64,000 bases of DNA from Raillietiella orientalis (Eukaryota), in the NCBI GenBank assembly GCA_036172245.1, contig JAYWIR010000009.1:3782001-3846000 (forward strand). The letters are read 5' to 3'. Below the pieces are notes generated by a model. The model saw nothing but the letters and a program-made list of their open reading frames with translations. It was not told the origin of the DNA and made no database searches. Shown here piece by piece: positions 27,291 through 39,752 of this stretch. The translations under genes were made by a program, and so were the position numbers. Each line of letters starts with the position of its first letter. The stretch's first letter is position 1.

Positions 27291-30200
27291 AGAGTTGAGA
27301 GGTGACCTCATCTAAAGTCGACAGCAAGGGTGGACACGGTACGCCTAAGGGCTGAAAGCCATGGGGATTAAAGTCCTATGAGACCATTTCAAGAGTTCTC
27401 CTCCCTCATTAGGGACACCGGCGATGCACCCCCTCCCCCCTGCAGGATTCTCGTTGAAACTCTGTTCTTGTTCTGCGTGTTTACCTTTTGGTGAGGAGAC
27501 GTCCCGGCGCGACTAGGCGAACAGACTCTGGGGGCTTCCTCAGCACCCGCGGCTTAGTCCGCCGCCCCCCGGGCCACGGCAAGAGCGGATCGAGTGTCTC
27601 CGGGCAGGAAGCGCGGTACTCAGGAACCGCTCTGGAGGCGCCAGACGGAAGGCAGGTGAAAATCGCAGGTGTGCGGCGGCAGCCGATTAATCACATCGAG
27701 AGCACAGCAGTGGCAGTACCGGACCGGGGGGTTTCCACGCGGGGTGTGCGCGAGTGGAACGTCGGGGGCGGGGGGGGGGAGCAGGCAGCGAGCGAGCGAG
27801 CGCGCGGCTTGGATCACCAGGAACAGCCGGCCGTCCGAGCAGCAATCCCGAGATGTTTGTGTGGTACCGCGGTTTAATTTGCTGGATCGACTTAACTAAC
27901 GGCCTCGTTTCGCGGCCGGGAAAAAACCTGTTTTCATCCCTGTTTGATTAATCGATTTGTTTGAAGAACCATCCCTGCTTCCCGTTAATCAACCACTGGA
28001 TCACTCCGGTAACGAAACAAACCTATCGAGTTTTATGGGGGGAGGAAGGGAGGACATATACGTAAATGGCATACTCCATGGGAAAGCCATGTTTGGTACC
28101 GGGAGCTTTCGGGAACGGGATACGGACGGCTCCGATTGCCGAATTTGCTGGGATTTCAATTTTTTTGCCGAATGCGGAGGCGCCCGGCGAAGGTCCTTCG
28201 AGGGACGCGCGGTGCCCTCCTTTTTTTTTTTTTTTTTTTTCTCTAAGAAAAAAAAGGTATCTCCAATCTCTGAGTGGAAGACGCAGAGCGGGAGAAGGAG
28301 ACTGCCGGGCAAGCAGTGGAGCTCGCCTGGTCTCCGCACAGGTCGCGCGTCGGCGATGACCATTTGCCAGAGGCGACCTGGAGCCTGCCCCAAGGAAGCG
28401 GACGCAGATCCGCGCGCCTTCGTGGACCTCAGCTTGAGATGGAAGCGAAAGCAAATGCCCGCGGCAGTCGACAAGTAAACAGGATGGCGACGACAGGGCA
28501 GGGAGCGGTTCCCGGAGCGCGCAGTCGCGGCTGCTCCCGTAAGACTCGCCGCCGCTGTTCGGGGGAAAAGGAGGAGGAGTAAGAAAGGAACACAGGGGGG
28601 AATTCCCCAGGTCAGCCAACGAAAGTTGAGAAAGCGAGGAACCGGGGAATTGTCCCTAGGGGTCCAAAGATCTGGAAAGCTTTCGCGCAGCCATCTCCAC
28701 GCTCCGAGACCAACATCCCTGCAGGCTAGCCAAGACCTGCTCCCTTCCCCAGCTAGGCAGTCTTCTGGGCAGAAAAAAAAAAAAAAAAAAGTGAGGCAGT
28801 TTCCCAGAAACGATCCGATTCCTTAACTCAATTCCTCTTGAGGAATGCAGGAAGAACTTGGACAAGGAGGACAGGAGAGGGAGAGAGGGGGAGATGTCAG
28901 AAAAGCCATCGCCCCTGGATACTCTACCCATCCCCCCGCAGTTTTCGGTGTATCCCGGCTGCCTGCTCGCGCGCTCTGCTCCGCGCACCGTTGGCTGCTC
29001 TCGCCGGGAGCCGCGCCGCGCCCCGGTCGCGAACGGGAACGCGAGATCCCCCCGCGAGGACGCGAAAAACACAGAAAAAGCAGCAGGCGATCTCCGATGG
29101 CCCGGATCGGCAGCAGGAGCGCATCTCCCCTTGAAACGAGGAAAGGGGAACGGGCGATAGCCATAGGAAAGGAAGGCTGGAAGGAAACGTGCGCGGGGGA
29201 CGTGCCCGCGATCCAACCGCTCGGGCACGGCACGACGCGCGCAAACCTCCCAAAATGGCCTCTGAATGTCCGCCGGCGCCCGCCCGCCCATCCGAAGAAG
29301 CCGAGCCAACGGAGAGGAGGCGCGCAAGACTCCGGCGCAGAGAGGTTGCTCCCTCCAGCACACGTTTTTCGCAGGCCACGGCGACCGTTCCACCGAGGTC
29401 ACCCCGACCTAGGGAAGGTTCCTCGCGAGTGGAAAGGAGGAGGAAGCGAGCGTGGACATGGTCCGAACGAAATGGTCCGAATGCACCTTCGGAGGGGGAT
29501 GCGAGTGGAAAGGGACGAACGCGTGGATGGAGAAGAAGGAAGTGAGAGAAGAAACACCTACGGAGCTACCCCAACGCGATTTTGGCAATCCCGAACCTCA
29601 GGAGGACACAGGAACCAACGGGTAGCCCGTCGCGGGAATGCGTGGGAGGCGAGCTGAAGGCCGTCCGCGCGCGGTGGCCACCGAACGGGTTCCATGCCTC
29701 CGACTCGGACCCAGCAGGCTTCCCATTTAGGGAGAGTGGGAAAGGAAGAGTGGGCAGGCTTTTCCGAGTCCTGGACGTGGCGGGTAAAGGATGGGAGACT
29801 CACGGAAAAGCGCCCGCGTCCACCGCACCGATTCGTGCAGTGGACAGTGACCACTAAGGGAGGATCTCCCGCGCCTCCGTCCTGGGGAAAGAACCTGTCA
29901 CTTCAAGAATGTCAGAGAGATTTCTTCCCGGAAGGATTTTTCGAGCCGAGAGGCCCTGCGCAAAGCGAACGGCGGAAGCTTCTTCTCTCCCTCGTGTCTC
30001 CCCCCGTAATGGAGAACTACTTTCGGACGGGAAGATGGAGAGGAGGAGGAGCACAGTGCTGCCGAGTAAGTCACATGACCGACTTTCGAAGGAAAGGTGG
30101 GGGGATCGAAGGGGTTCCCGTCCGGGCTAGGAAAGGGAAGCGGTGGAGATGCCCAAGGACGATGCGGAACAAGGATCAACGAGTCCACTTTGCTCCTGCT

Positions 30201-30349
30201 CTGCAGGGAAGGAAGAGAGGAGCCCGTGCTCCAGCACTGAAGACTCCACATCGCACACTTGGGATGGGGCTCCTGACTTGCCCTCCTTCTCTTGTGGTTT
30301 GCCCACAGGAACCCGCAAAAGCACGAGATGCGAGACCGGTAGGGTGAGT

Positions 30350-31500
30350 CTCCAGCTGAAGAGGTGAGTCGAGCGACCAGCGCTCCACGGGTCCTGAGCT
30401 CGCTTCGCCAGGAGATTCAGTCCGAGCTGGCAGCTTGGGACGCTGTGAAGAGGAGGAGGAGGAGTGGGGAATGGAGTTGGGGGGGGGGGGTGAGGGGAGG
30501 AGGGAGGAACAGGGAAGGTCGGGGGACACCCCGGCCCGAACGGAGAGGCTTCACCAACCGCTCGCGCATTGCGAAGGCGGCCGTCGTGGTCACCACCGCG
30601 GCGCGAGAACGAAGGTGCGATCACGAGGATGCGTTGGAGTTTTCTCGATGCACAGCAACAGAGGCGACAGAACCAACGGGAGAGATGGGCGGCTGTTTCG
30701 AGGACTCCACGCGCAAGGGGGGGGGGCCGACTCATTCGGCGTCGCGCGATCCGGGCGGCAGGCGAGCACCACAGGAAAACTACAGGATGCGGCTTCTCCA
30801 GCCGGGGACGAAGGAGAGTATCCTGGGAGGCACCGTTGCCTGGGAGCAGGTAGGGAAGCACCCTCCGAGGAAATTGATAGGATAGGGTGCCACCAGACTC
30901 GGGCCGCTAGCGCGGAGGTGCTCCTATCCATCTATCCGGAAGAAGGGGATGCCTCTTGGACACGAAGTCAGGGCCACCCCGCTGGCTCGCGAGAGAGGGC
31001 GGCTGGCCGCTGGTGATTAAGGAGTTGACTTCAGGGAAAGAGTCAGCTTCGCCCTGCGTGGTGGAGGGGTGAGGCGGGGCGCGGAGCGGAAGGACGACCT
31101 CTTTACCGCTGCAATCCACACTGGGCAAGGGGAAGGGGAAGATGCATCGGATCGAGAGGGTTGGATGACAGTTTTCCTTGAAGAGTTCCAGAGATCTCCT
31201 GGATTTGATCAGCGGAGTGGGAGCGACGGTTTCCTCAGCTCCAGTCGCCGTCAGGAAAAATGGGACGCTCGCATCGAGAGTCCGAAGACACGACGGGACG
31301 CACTGGGAATCGACGACCGCGAGCAATACGACGTGGCTCGCAGCCATCATCATCATTCGCACGCGGATGGAAGTCTGAGCGGGAGAGGCGGACCGCTGGG
31401 GAGGGAAATTCCTCTCTTCCTTTCGCGAACCGTCCGTCCGCTGCCGCGGGAAAGCCACGCCGGGAAAGACCGCAAGGCGAGGGAGAAACGAACGCGACAG
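30350..31500 (+). mobile_element. Possible decayed LINE RT relic
   Basis: LFTAAI...EDASDREGWMTVFLEE only loosely resembles LF..A.....AYADD.TVFL. Confidence 0.3.
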
Positions 31501-33360
31501 GAAGCCACAACGGCCTCCTCGGCCTCGCGGGAACGGCGGAACCGAAGAAAGTGGTCGACCCGGGGAAGGGGAGGCCCTGAGCCTCCCCACGCGCGCTGCC
31601 CTCCCCTCCCCCCTCCTCGAAGTGGCTGCGCCGCTCGGTCCGCACTGAAAGTCGCGCGCGCACACAAATGCCGCTTACACTTTTCCACAGTACTTTTTTT
31701 TTTTTTTTTTTCTTCTGGAGGAGTAACAATTTATTTAGAAGGGGGAGGGAGGGGAGGGGGAGAGAGAAAGGAAGACAGAAAAGTTTCTGCTCCCCTCTTC
31801 CGCGTTACTGCAAACACCATTAAAAATGATTACTGATTCATTCTTTGGCAAATTCTTTTATTGCACAGTATCTGATTTGCCTCTTAATTGGACATCGCGG
31901 ATGGCTTTGCTGGGATGGAAGGGGCCAACACACAGACACGCGCGCGCGCGCCAGGAGAGAGGATGGGGAGAGGGAGATCTCCCCCTCCCTCCCTCCCTCC
32001 CCATGTTTTAACGTCTCCGGCATTACGCCGCCGCCCAGCCGAAGCCCCATCGCCCAGCATAGCTCAGCCGTAATTGCGACCAACTCCGTCGACGAAACTT
32101 CCGCAAGCAGTTAAACAAACACCATCAAAAGCTAAGTTGCATTCCAAGTTCGCTTAATGAATACGAAGTGTACGGCTATCGGGGTGTAGCCGGACACGGA
32201 CCGTGTTTATGGACACTCGAGCATTCTCGATCCGCGTCACTCGTACGTTTCGGGTCCGAGTAGGACGCTGACGTTCCGTAAGTTCAAACGGAACGGAAGA
32301 AATTTATGTGCGAGCGTCGGTGACTCGGGCAATGGACACCAATGCTTCCTCAAGCGAAAGAACGGAATTCGGAATCAATTCCTTCCTCCGAGTGGGTAAA
32401 AAACGATGTGTTGCACGATGGCCGCGGACTTACAAAGAATCGAAAGCTACCTGTCGATGTGACAAATGCTTCGTGGACAGAAGAACGGGGGGGGGGGGGG
32501 AGGGAGGGAGGGAATGCACGTTATATGCTGCTGCCACCTCTCTCTCCCCCTCTCCCTCTCCTTTCTTCCTTCCTTCCTTCCTTTCTTTCTTTCTTTCTTT
32601 TTTTTTCCAAGATATTTCTTCCCGCCCGCCCCACCCCTTTCCTCTCTCCCCTTATCTTCCGAGGGATGCAACAATGGACCGTCCGCCATGCTCGAGATGT
32701 TTTCCTGCTCGACCTGGGTGTGCCGGAAGAATACAAAACGGGAATACATGCAAATGAAACGAGTGCCAACAGTAATAGATTAACTTACACAAACAAAGAT
32801 AAAGGCCCTTTCGCGAGTATCGGGAAATATCATTTTTGTTGTTTCGGAATTCGAATAAAAATAGAACGATGGGAAACTGAAAGTACGGAAAACGCATAAA
32901 AGTACGAAAATAACGGCGAATTCTTCATCCCATTTTTTTCGGCCCCTCCTTCCCCCATCCCCGACGGAGGACCGCTAACCTGCTTGGTGGGGGGAGGAGG
33001 AGGAAGATCGGACCAAGTGATGAGGGGGGAGGGGGGGGGGAGAAGAAAAAAGGGGAAAAACACGGCATCTAAGTACACGTACGGAGTATACGATCATGCG
33101 ATCAATAAGTATGCATCGCCCGGGAAATGAGATGCACGCGTATAACGTGCCCGTGCGATCCGTACAACGTGACAAAACGCTTTCCGGATTCCAGTGTTTC
33201 CCTGAAACGGAAAAGGGGCGCGTTCCCGACATCTTAATGAAAAATATACACCGCGTACCAAGGAGTCCCGAAACAACGCGCGCACGCATCCACTCCGACG
33301 GGCAGACGGCGAAGTCTCAAACGCGAAACCACGGAGGGCGGCCGACGAACATCGTGACGC

Positions 33361-33434
33361 CATCACCATCATCATCATCATCATCATCAACAACAACAAC
33401 AACAACGACGACCACGACGACCACGACGACGACG
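33361..33434. repeat. Compound trinucleotide repeat (CAT)n-(CAA)n-(GAC/CAC)n
   Basis: Directly visible. Confidence 0.9.
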
Positions 33435-33713
33435 AAAGAAAAGAAAAAAAACGCGAGACAGCGCACAAGTGCGACAGCGACGATGCCCACGGCAAAGGTG
33501 TTGTTCCCTTTTCCCTGTTTGCTTACCTGTGCGCAAGCAGCATCAGGGTGACCGGGGCAGCCAAATTCCTTTCCACCTTCCTTTTCGTCTTCAGCGGAGG
33601 GGTTTCGGGATCAGATCCATGGCTTCCCGGGAAATCACAAAATCCGTCAGGAACACAGGTCCGGAGCCGCGGATTCACGGGATGAAAGCATACAATTACA
33701 TGGTGGGAAATCC

Positions 33714-33781
33714 GAGGAGGAGGAGGAGCGAGGGGGGGGGGAGGGAGGGAGGAGGAGGAGGAGGAGGAGAAGGAGGAGGAG
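33714..33781. repeat. (GGA)n / poly-G purine tract
   Basis: Directly visible. Confidence 0.9.
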
Positions 33782-35529
33782 GGTCCTCCGGGAAGGGAGG
33801 GGGAGACGGGGGAACTTGCTTTCACCTTATTCCGGAGAGCGGGAACGCGGGGGTCTGGCCGCAGCTCCGTAGCGCGGCACCGCCATGCCGCCAGCCGCAG
33901 ACGCCACCGTGCAACAGCAGCAGCCGGGATACGAATGTTCCGCGGAGCTCTCCCTGTCTCGGCTGCCTCCGCCGCTTACGCGAAACCGCGCTCCTCCGCA
34001 AGCAGCAAAGTCCCTGCAATCGAAGCGGCCCCGTTTCGCAGCGCAATCGTCTCGCTTCGGCTGTGGGGAGAGCGCAGCAGTCTGGCTCCGCTCGGCAGGC
34101 GTGTGTGTGTGTGTCCCGGAGCCAGCCGCCAAGCCGCCTTCCTCCTGCCCTGCGCAAACGCCCGCCCGCAGGACGGAACGCGCGCGTAGCGACGGCGGCG
34201 TGCGTGCACGCGCCCACCCCCTCGCGACGGGCGAGGGATGCGGGAGGGCACCTGGAAACCGCAGCTCGTCGCGGACGTGCCGCCTCAAAGGGTGACCCCC
34301 CACCCAACCCCCTTCCTTTGTACGTGCTCAGCTCGAGCGGTTTCCACGCTCGCCGCCGGCAGACCCCAGATCCCGGCCAGCAGCCCCCCGGGGAACCGGT
34401 GGTGGCATTCCGACCGGGTCGCCGGCGGCACGCTTCCGCGCGTCCTCCGATTCCGCGGCAAAGAGGTTGGCGACCCTCCGGTGGAGTCGCTCCAAACGCC
34501 CTCTGCGCCAAGCAGTCGGCCCCCCACCCTCGCTTTCATTACGTGTAGACGTGGTGGCGGCTCGCGTTTTCATTTTCTTTCACTTCTTCCTCTTCAGGTA
34601 AACAGCGGCAGCATCCCAACACGCCCTACGGAAACACACAGCCGAATGTTGCGATTCGGCGGCGCCTTCTGACAAATCATTGCCACGATATCATCAGCAT
34701 GTGCTGAACTCTCAACAAACTTCCAATGAATCCACCAATGAGTCACAACTATAAATCTCAAGGAAAATCAGTTATTACTTCTCGTGTGTGTATGTGTGTC
34801 TGTGTGTGTGGGTGTGTGTAATTGTTTGCAAAGATGGATGCGGGAAGTTTGGATCTTTTTCCATTTACGATTGCACCATCTCCTTGCAGAGATTACTTGA
34901 TGAGCTTCCACACTGCAAGCGAATTAGTGGGTAACCTGCAATCTATAAAAACTTTTTTTTTAAAAAAAAAAGGTCAGATGTTGAATGGAATTATAATTTC
35001 CATTTTAATATCTTGTAAGTGGAAAAGAGAATATACGTGACGTCTTCGGATAGGAAAACGCACACACCACATGACAACTCTCAGCGAGAGTAAAAAAAAA
35101 AAAAAAAAAAAAAAAAAGGCAAATTACGAAAAACGGTTGGGCTAATAGCATGCAGCAGATCTTGGAGCTGTTTTCGAGCTTCGGTTGCCAGTGCGCTTCC
35201 ATCCGTGCTGTACTCATATGGTACACAACAGCTTCCATTCGAATGCGTGTTTTGGTGCAAGAAGCTCGTCCATTCCTGAGCAAGCGTGTGCCGCAGCCCA
35301 CCCTACTTATGTGTGCTGTGTCTCGTTTCCTACGGGTTGCTGGCATGGTGCGCCAGGGCAGGATGATGCCCAAACTGCACAGATTCCATCTGGATCGCGG
35401 GATCCACCTTACATAGGGCTGCTGCTGCGTACATGTACGGTGCACACGAACAAGTTGATACGCTGAGCACTCATACACCCGCAGATCTATCGCGCTGTCT
35501 CTCGCGGATCGCAGCATCGAAACAATGCG

Positions 35530-35646
35530 AATAGGCTAGCCTGCATTGTTAGCACAGGCTAGCCTGCATTGTTACAATAGGCTAGCCTGCATTGTTAGCA
35601 CAGGCTAGCCTGCATTGTTACAATAGGCTAGCCTGCATTGTTAGCA
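35530..35646. repeat. Minisatellite: five 23-bp units AGGCTAGCCTGCATTGTT plus alternating AGCAC/ACAAT (46-bp higher-order repeat)
   Basis: Units start at 35533, 35556, 35579, 35602 and 35625. Each contains the palindrome AGGCTAGCCT. Confidence 0.95.
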
Positions 35647-35924
35647 TCACCACGTGCCCTTCGTGTGATGAAGTATCCCGTCGACGTTGTTACCGGTGAG
35701 GTCCAGAACTGAACATGGGGTGTATTCCCGACTTTCCTTGTTCTTTTGTGGGTGTGTTTCCTAGCTTTTCCTATACCTTGTGAACGTAAGAGCGTTTATT
35801 TTTCCGTGAAAGTGAAAGGCACAGGATACAAAGTTGATTTGTATTACGGGGTGAATTTTACAAACTCATGAAGCTACATTAGAACCATCTTACTTTTCCT
35901 TCAACTGCAGATTTCCAGCATCCA

Positions 35925-35990
35925 CATATATACATATATATATATATGTATGTATATATATACATACATACATACATATACATATATACA
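35925..35990. repeat. (TA)n/(TACA)n microsatellite
   Basis: Directly visible. Confidence 0.9.
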
Positions 35991-37214
35991 CAAAAGGTGC
36001 GAAATTTCATGGGGGAAAAAAAAAGTGCACATAGGGAGTGTATTCGAAAATTTTCTTACTCCTTGCTTCATCTCTGCAACTGTTGAGAGAATATCGCTTC
36101 GTTACGTGTCTGTAATCCCTGTATCCGCGGGTCGTTACGGCATCTCCCTCCGAGTCGTCACGCCAAGCTGTGACGTACTGCGCAAACTTATCGATACGTG
36201 CACATCGTACGCTCAATCACTCTGCACAAAAGAAAATGCAAAATGCGTGCGCTTTTGATGTTGATTGGCGGCTGACGACGGCGCTGCCTCTGCTGGCTCG
36301 GGGAAAATGGCACCGCTGGAACGCTTCCCTTCACGTGGCGGCAGCGACTCGCATCCGCGCGGGAACGATCGTGGTGTGCATCGAGGGGGGCGGCAAAAGA
36401 GTGGAAGGCTGCCCCGTGGAAGGCCGCCCCCTCAACGGGACTCATTATCTCTTATCGAGGATCCACACACACGACACGCAGTGGCGCATTGCCGTAGCAC
36501 ACAACGGGCACATTACCGTGCCGCCGATGTGACGACGCGAGATCGTTCTCCGAAAAAGCAATGACCTGCGGACCGATCGAGGGGAGGAAGAGGAAACGAG
36601 CGCCAAGGCATCGATTCGGAGCGTGTTGGTGCGCCCGTTCCGCTCGAGCGCATTCCCGATGAGGGGAACCGCTCGGGAGAACCCGGATCAGGACACATTT
36701 CCGTACGTATCGGGAAATTCCCGTGTCCTCCTCGCTTCCCCATTTCCGCGAAGGCCAAGCGTTCCCTTACCTTCCCGAGACCAGCCCGGGACTTGGCGTT
36801 TCCTCTGAAGAGGGTTCTCCGCCACCGACGGTGATGGCGGGGCTGGAGCTTCGCACCGAGGGGGCATGCCACGCGCTTCGTGGCTCCCGCGCGACCTGCC
36901 CGCCCCCGCGTCCATTCGTTTCCGCTCCCGCCGACGACGCGGGGACATCCCGGAACACACGGCTTCCTCCCTTGAGGGAAGCGGGAAGCTGCGCCGAGCC
37001 GCTCGCAGGGACAAGTGACGGTGGCGTATCCCTCTGCGGCTCGGGAAGCCTTCTCCTTCCCGCCTCGCCGCCAACCCTCGGGAAGACCAGCCACTGGCGA
37101 CCGTCGCATGGCGACCCCTGCGAGCCCCGGCCGTGAGGGAGGAATCCCGCAACTCACTCGCGCGCGCGTTTCGCGCGCGGGACAGCAGCGGGCCCCAACC
37201 GCTTTTCCGTGGAC

Positions 37215-37495
37215 CGTGCGCGGCTGCTCCGTTGGCACTTCGCGTGCGCAACGTGTGCAGGGCATGTGCAGGGCCGCCGTCGTCGGGTGCAATCCGCGCC
37301 TCCCTTTCCCCGAGCGGCCCTTCTGCCGTGCCGGGGGGATCCGGGCAGAGAGCCCTCCCCCCCCTCTCCCCCTCGAGCTATCGTGTTGCCGCATTCTGAC
37401 TTTCCCGCGCATCTTCGAGGCGGCTCTTTCCTTCCTCTCTTCCCCTTCTTCCCTTCCCAACCACGAACTCCCCTCCGTGTTGTGCACTGCCGGTG
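37215..37495 (+). repeat. Interspersed repeat copy 1 (diverged direct repeat of about 39965-40250)
   Basis: Shared blocks GGGTGCAATCCGC, GCGGCCCTTCTGCCGTGC, CCCTCGAGCTATC, CCCGCGCATCTTCGAG, TTCCCCTTCTTCC, CCCCTCCGTGTT. Confidence 0.8.
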
Positions 37496-38449
37496 TGACT
37501 ATTACGTTGTTCAATGGCAGTTTAAATAAAAAAAAAAAGTTTTGATGAAAAACAGTATAAAAGATTGCGGTGGACCTCCGTCGGCGTATATAGAGGCGTC
37601 CGGATGCCGCCTCTTCGCCAGAGGGTTTTCAAGACGACAGTCGCCCTCTTCCCCCCTCTTGACTCCCTTCACTTCGGTAAATGCCATCCACAGGGATGGG
37701 TGCGCGGGACCGCACTGCTACACGCGGCGCGTGAACGCAACACGGCCCCGCCCAAGCGAGTCCGGAACCCAGCCGTCCCAGAGAAGCCCCCGAGCCGAAC
37801 GGCCAGAGAGCCGCCGCCTTCCTTTGAAGAGGGATGCCGTTTCCTCTCTCCCCCTCCCTCCTTTCCCCCTGTTTCCTTCTTCCTCCTCCCCGAGCGTCAC
37901 TCCCCTCCGCCTTCGGGTTGAGAGTCGCGCTGGCTCCGATTGGCAGCTTCGCAGATCTGTGTGGACGTGCGGCGGCGATTGACTGCCTCCTCCTCACCGC
38001 GTCCCCCAAGATGGTCGTTCTCACGGCAGCGGGGGACGGAAGGGCCGTCCTCGCGGACGGACCCCTTTGCTCGCTCGTTTCGCCGAGGGCCTCGGAAAGA
38101 AGAAGCATCCGTTGTTTTTGTTTTCTTTTCTTTTCTCCTGCTGCTGCTGCTGTTTTCCTTTCTTTCTTTTTCCGTGGCAACCAACCTTTCGTCTCGCACA
38201 TTTTTTTTTTTTTTTTATATTGCTGCCGGCGCGCGCGCACGTCCACACGAGTGTTGCCGACGCGCGAAGCGTGCCGTGCCTGTGTACTTCCGGAGCAAGA
38301 ATCTGTGGGGACAAGGGTCGCGCGCGCGCGGGGAGGGTCCTGTGCAGCCTACTCGCCCTTCCTCTCCCTCCCGTGGACGCGCTCCCTTCCGCCGGAGAGG
38401 ACCACTGGCTTCCCCCTCCCTCCTCGTCCTCCAACAGCATCGCACCCGA

Positions 38450-39100
38450 GCACCCGAGAACCTTCCAGGACTCAAATTCTGTGTGCTGACCTCAGGCCGC
38501 TGCCCCACCGGCAGGAGGGAAAAGGAGGAAGGAAGACCGGGCTCTCGCCTGGCGCAGAGAAAAAGGAAAAGGAAGAGAGAGAAGGCCAACCGAACCGCTG
38601 ACAAAGGCTGCTCCCAAGGACCACTCTTCCGCATCAGCAAATCTCCAGGATGCCTGATACATCGGCTGCCTCCATCCGGGACCCGCGCAGCCTCCAGCCA
38701 TTTCCTCACGCCCCATCCCTTTCGCACGTATTTGGGACCCTCGCCACCCTGCTGCTTCTCCGACGGGATCTCCGGAGGGCGGGATCGGCAAGACCCCTCG
38801 CGCTCAAGCGCCGCATGTCCCTCGGGTCAGCTGGCTGCGGCAGGTGGGTGGTCGCGCTGGTTGGACCCGATCTCCACGGTGGTGCGGTCCTGCCGCCTCT
38901 CCCGGGCGCTGGTGGGTGGCAGCGTCCGGCTCCGGGTCGTTCCTTCCCGCAGCACCAGTCCTGCCTGACAAAGCGGATCCACCGGGGGCGATTCCGAGTG
39001 CTCTCGAGCGAGCCGAGACTCGGTGACCCCCTTCCAGCGTTCGAGGGCAGGTCGAGGACGTTTCGTCCCTCCGAGGCATCCCTGACCACTGGTCTTACCT
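38450..39100 (+). mobile_element. Possible decayed LINE APE endonuclease relic
   Basis: GRSFPQHQSCLTKRIHRGRF...GDPLP loosely resembles FT.....SRIDR......SDH.P. Confidence 0.3.
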
Positions 39101-39752
39101 AACGAGACCCGGCTCTTTCGTTCTGCTTCAGAGAATGCCTGCTGTCCCGCGAGGAGGCGGCAAGGAGGGAAGCCGGGCGATCCCATTCGTCTTTGGCACC
39201 CCCGCCCCGCCCCCGCTGCCAGTCTGCACATCCAGGCAGCTGGAGTCCCCCCTTCTCCCCTCCCCCTCCAGAGCTGCTCCCTCCGGCTCGGCCGGTCGGG
39301 CGGTTGGCGCCATCCTTCGGGGTCCGCGAGAGGCGCCTGCGCGACACGGACCCCCGACGGCAGCAGAGCGCCCACGAAGCGCCTCCTCCTTCCCTCGCAC
39401 GTAAGTCGCCCGCACCGCCCGTCGCCTCAGGGCACGGGGAGGGCGAGAAGTGCAGCGCCATGCTCTTCTGATGGATGGCTGCTGCTTCTGCTGCTGCTGC
39501 AGCTGACCTGTAGGCGGTCGACCCGCATCGGCAACTGGCGGGGGGCGCGGAGCGACGCGGCGCTGCCCAGGAGGGCGAAGATGCGGAGGAAGGCGGCGGG
39601 AAGAGTTCCCGTATCGATCGGCGCTCTCGGAGTTCCCTCCTGGCCTGGAGAAGTCTCCGCGGGCGGAAGCGGCCGAGAAGACGGGACCAGGGCCGGCTTC
39701 TACTCCCTCCCCTCCTGGCGACCGTCGGGAGGAGGAGGGACTTACGGGGAAA

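Noticed and set aside
34598..34672. Possible RFamide neuropeptide exon (…HSRMLRFGGAF*)
   Set aside because: There is no basic cleavage site after the Gly and no signal-peptide exon was found, so it is probably chance.
35530..35646. Possible CRISPR array
   Set aside because: The linkers are 5 bp and alternate between two sequences instead of being unique spacers of about 30 bp. There are no cas genes and the context is eukaryotic.
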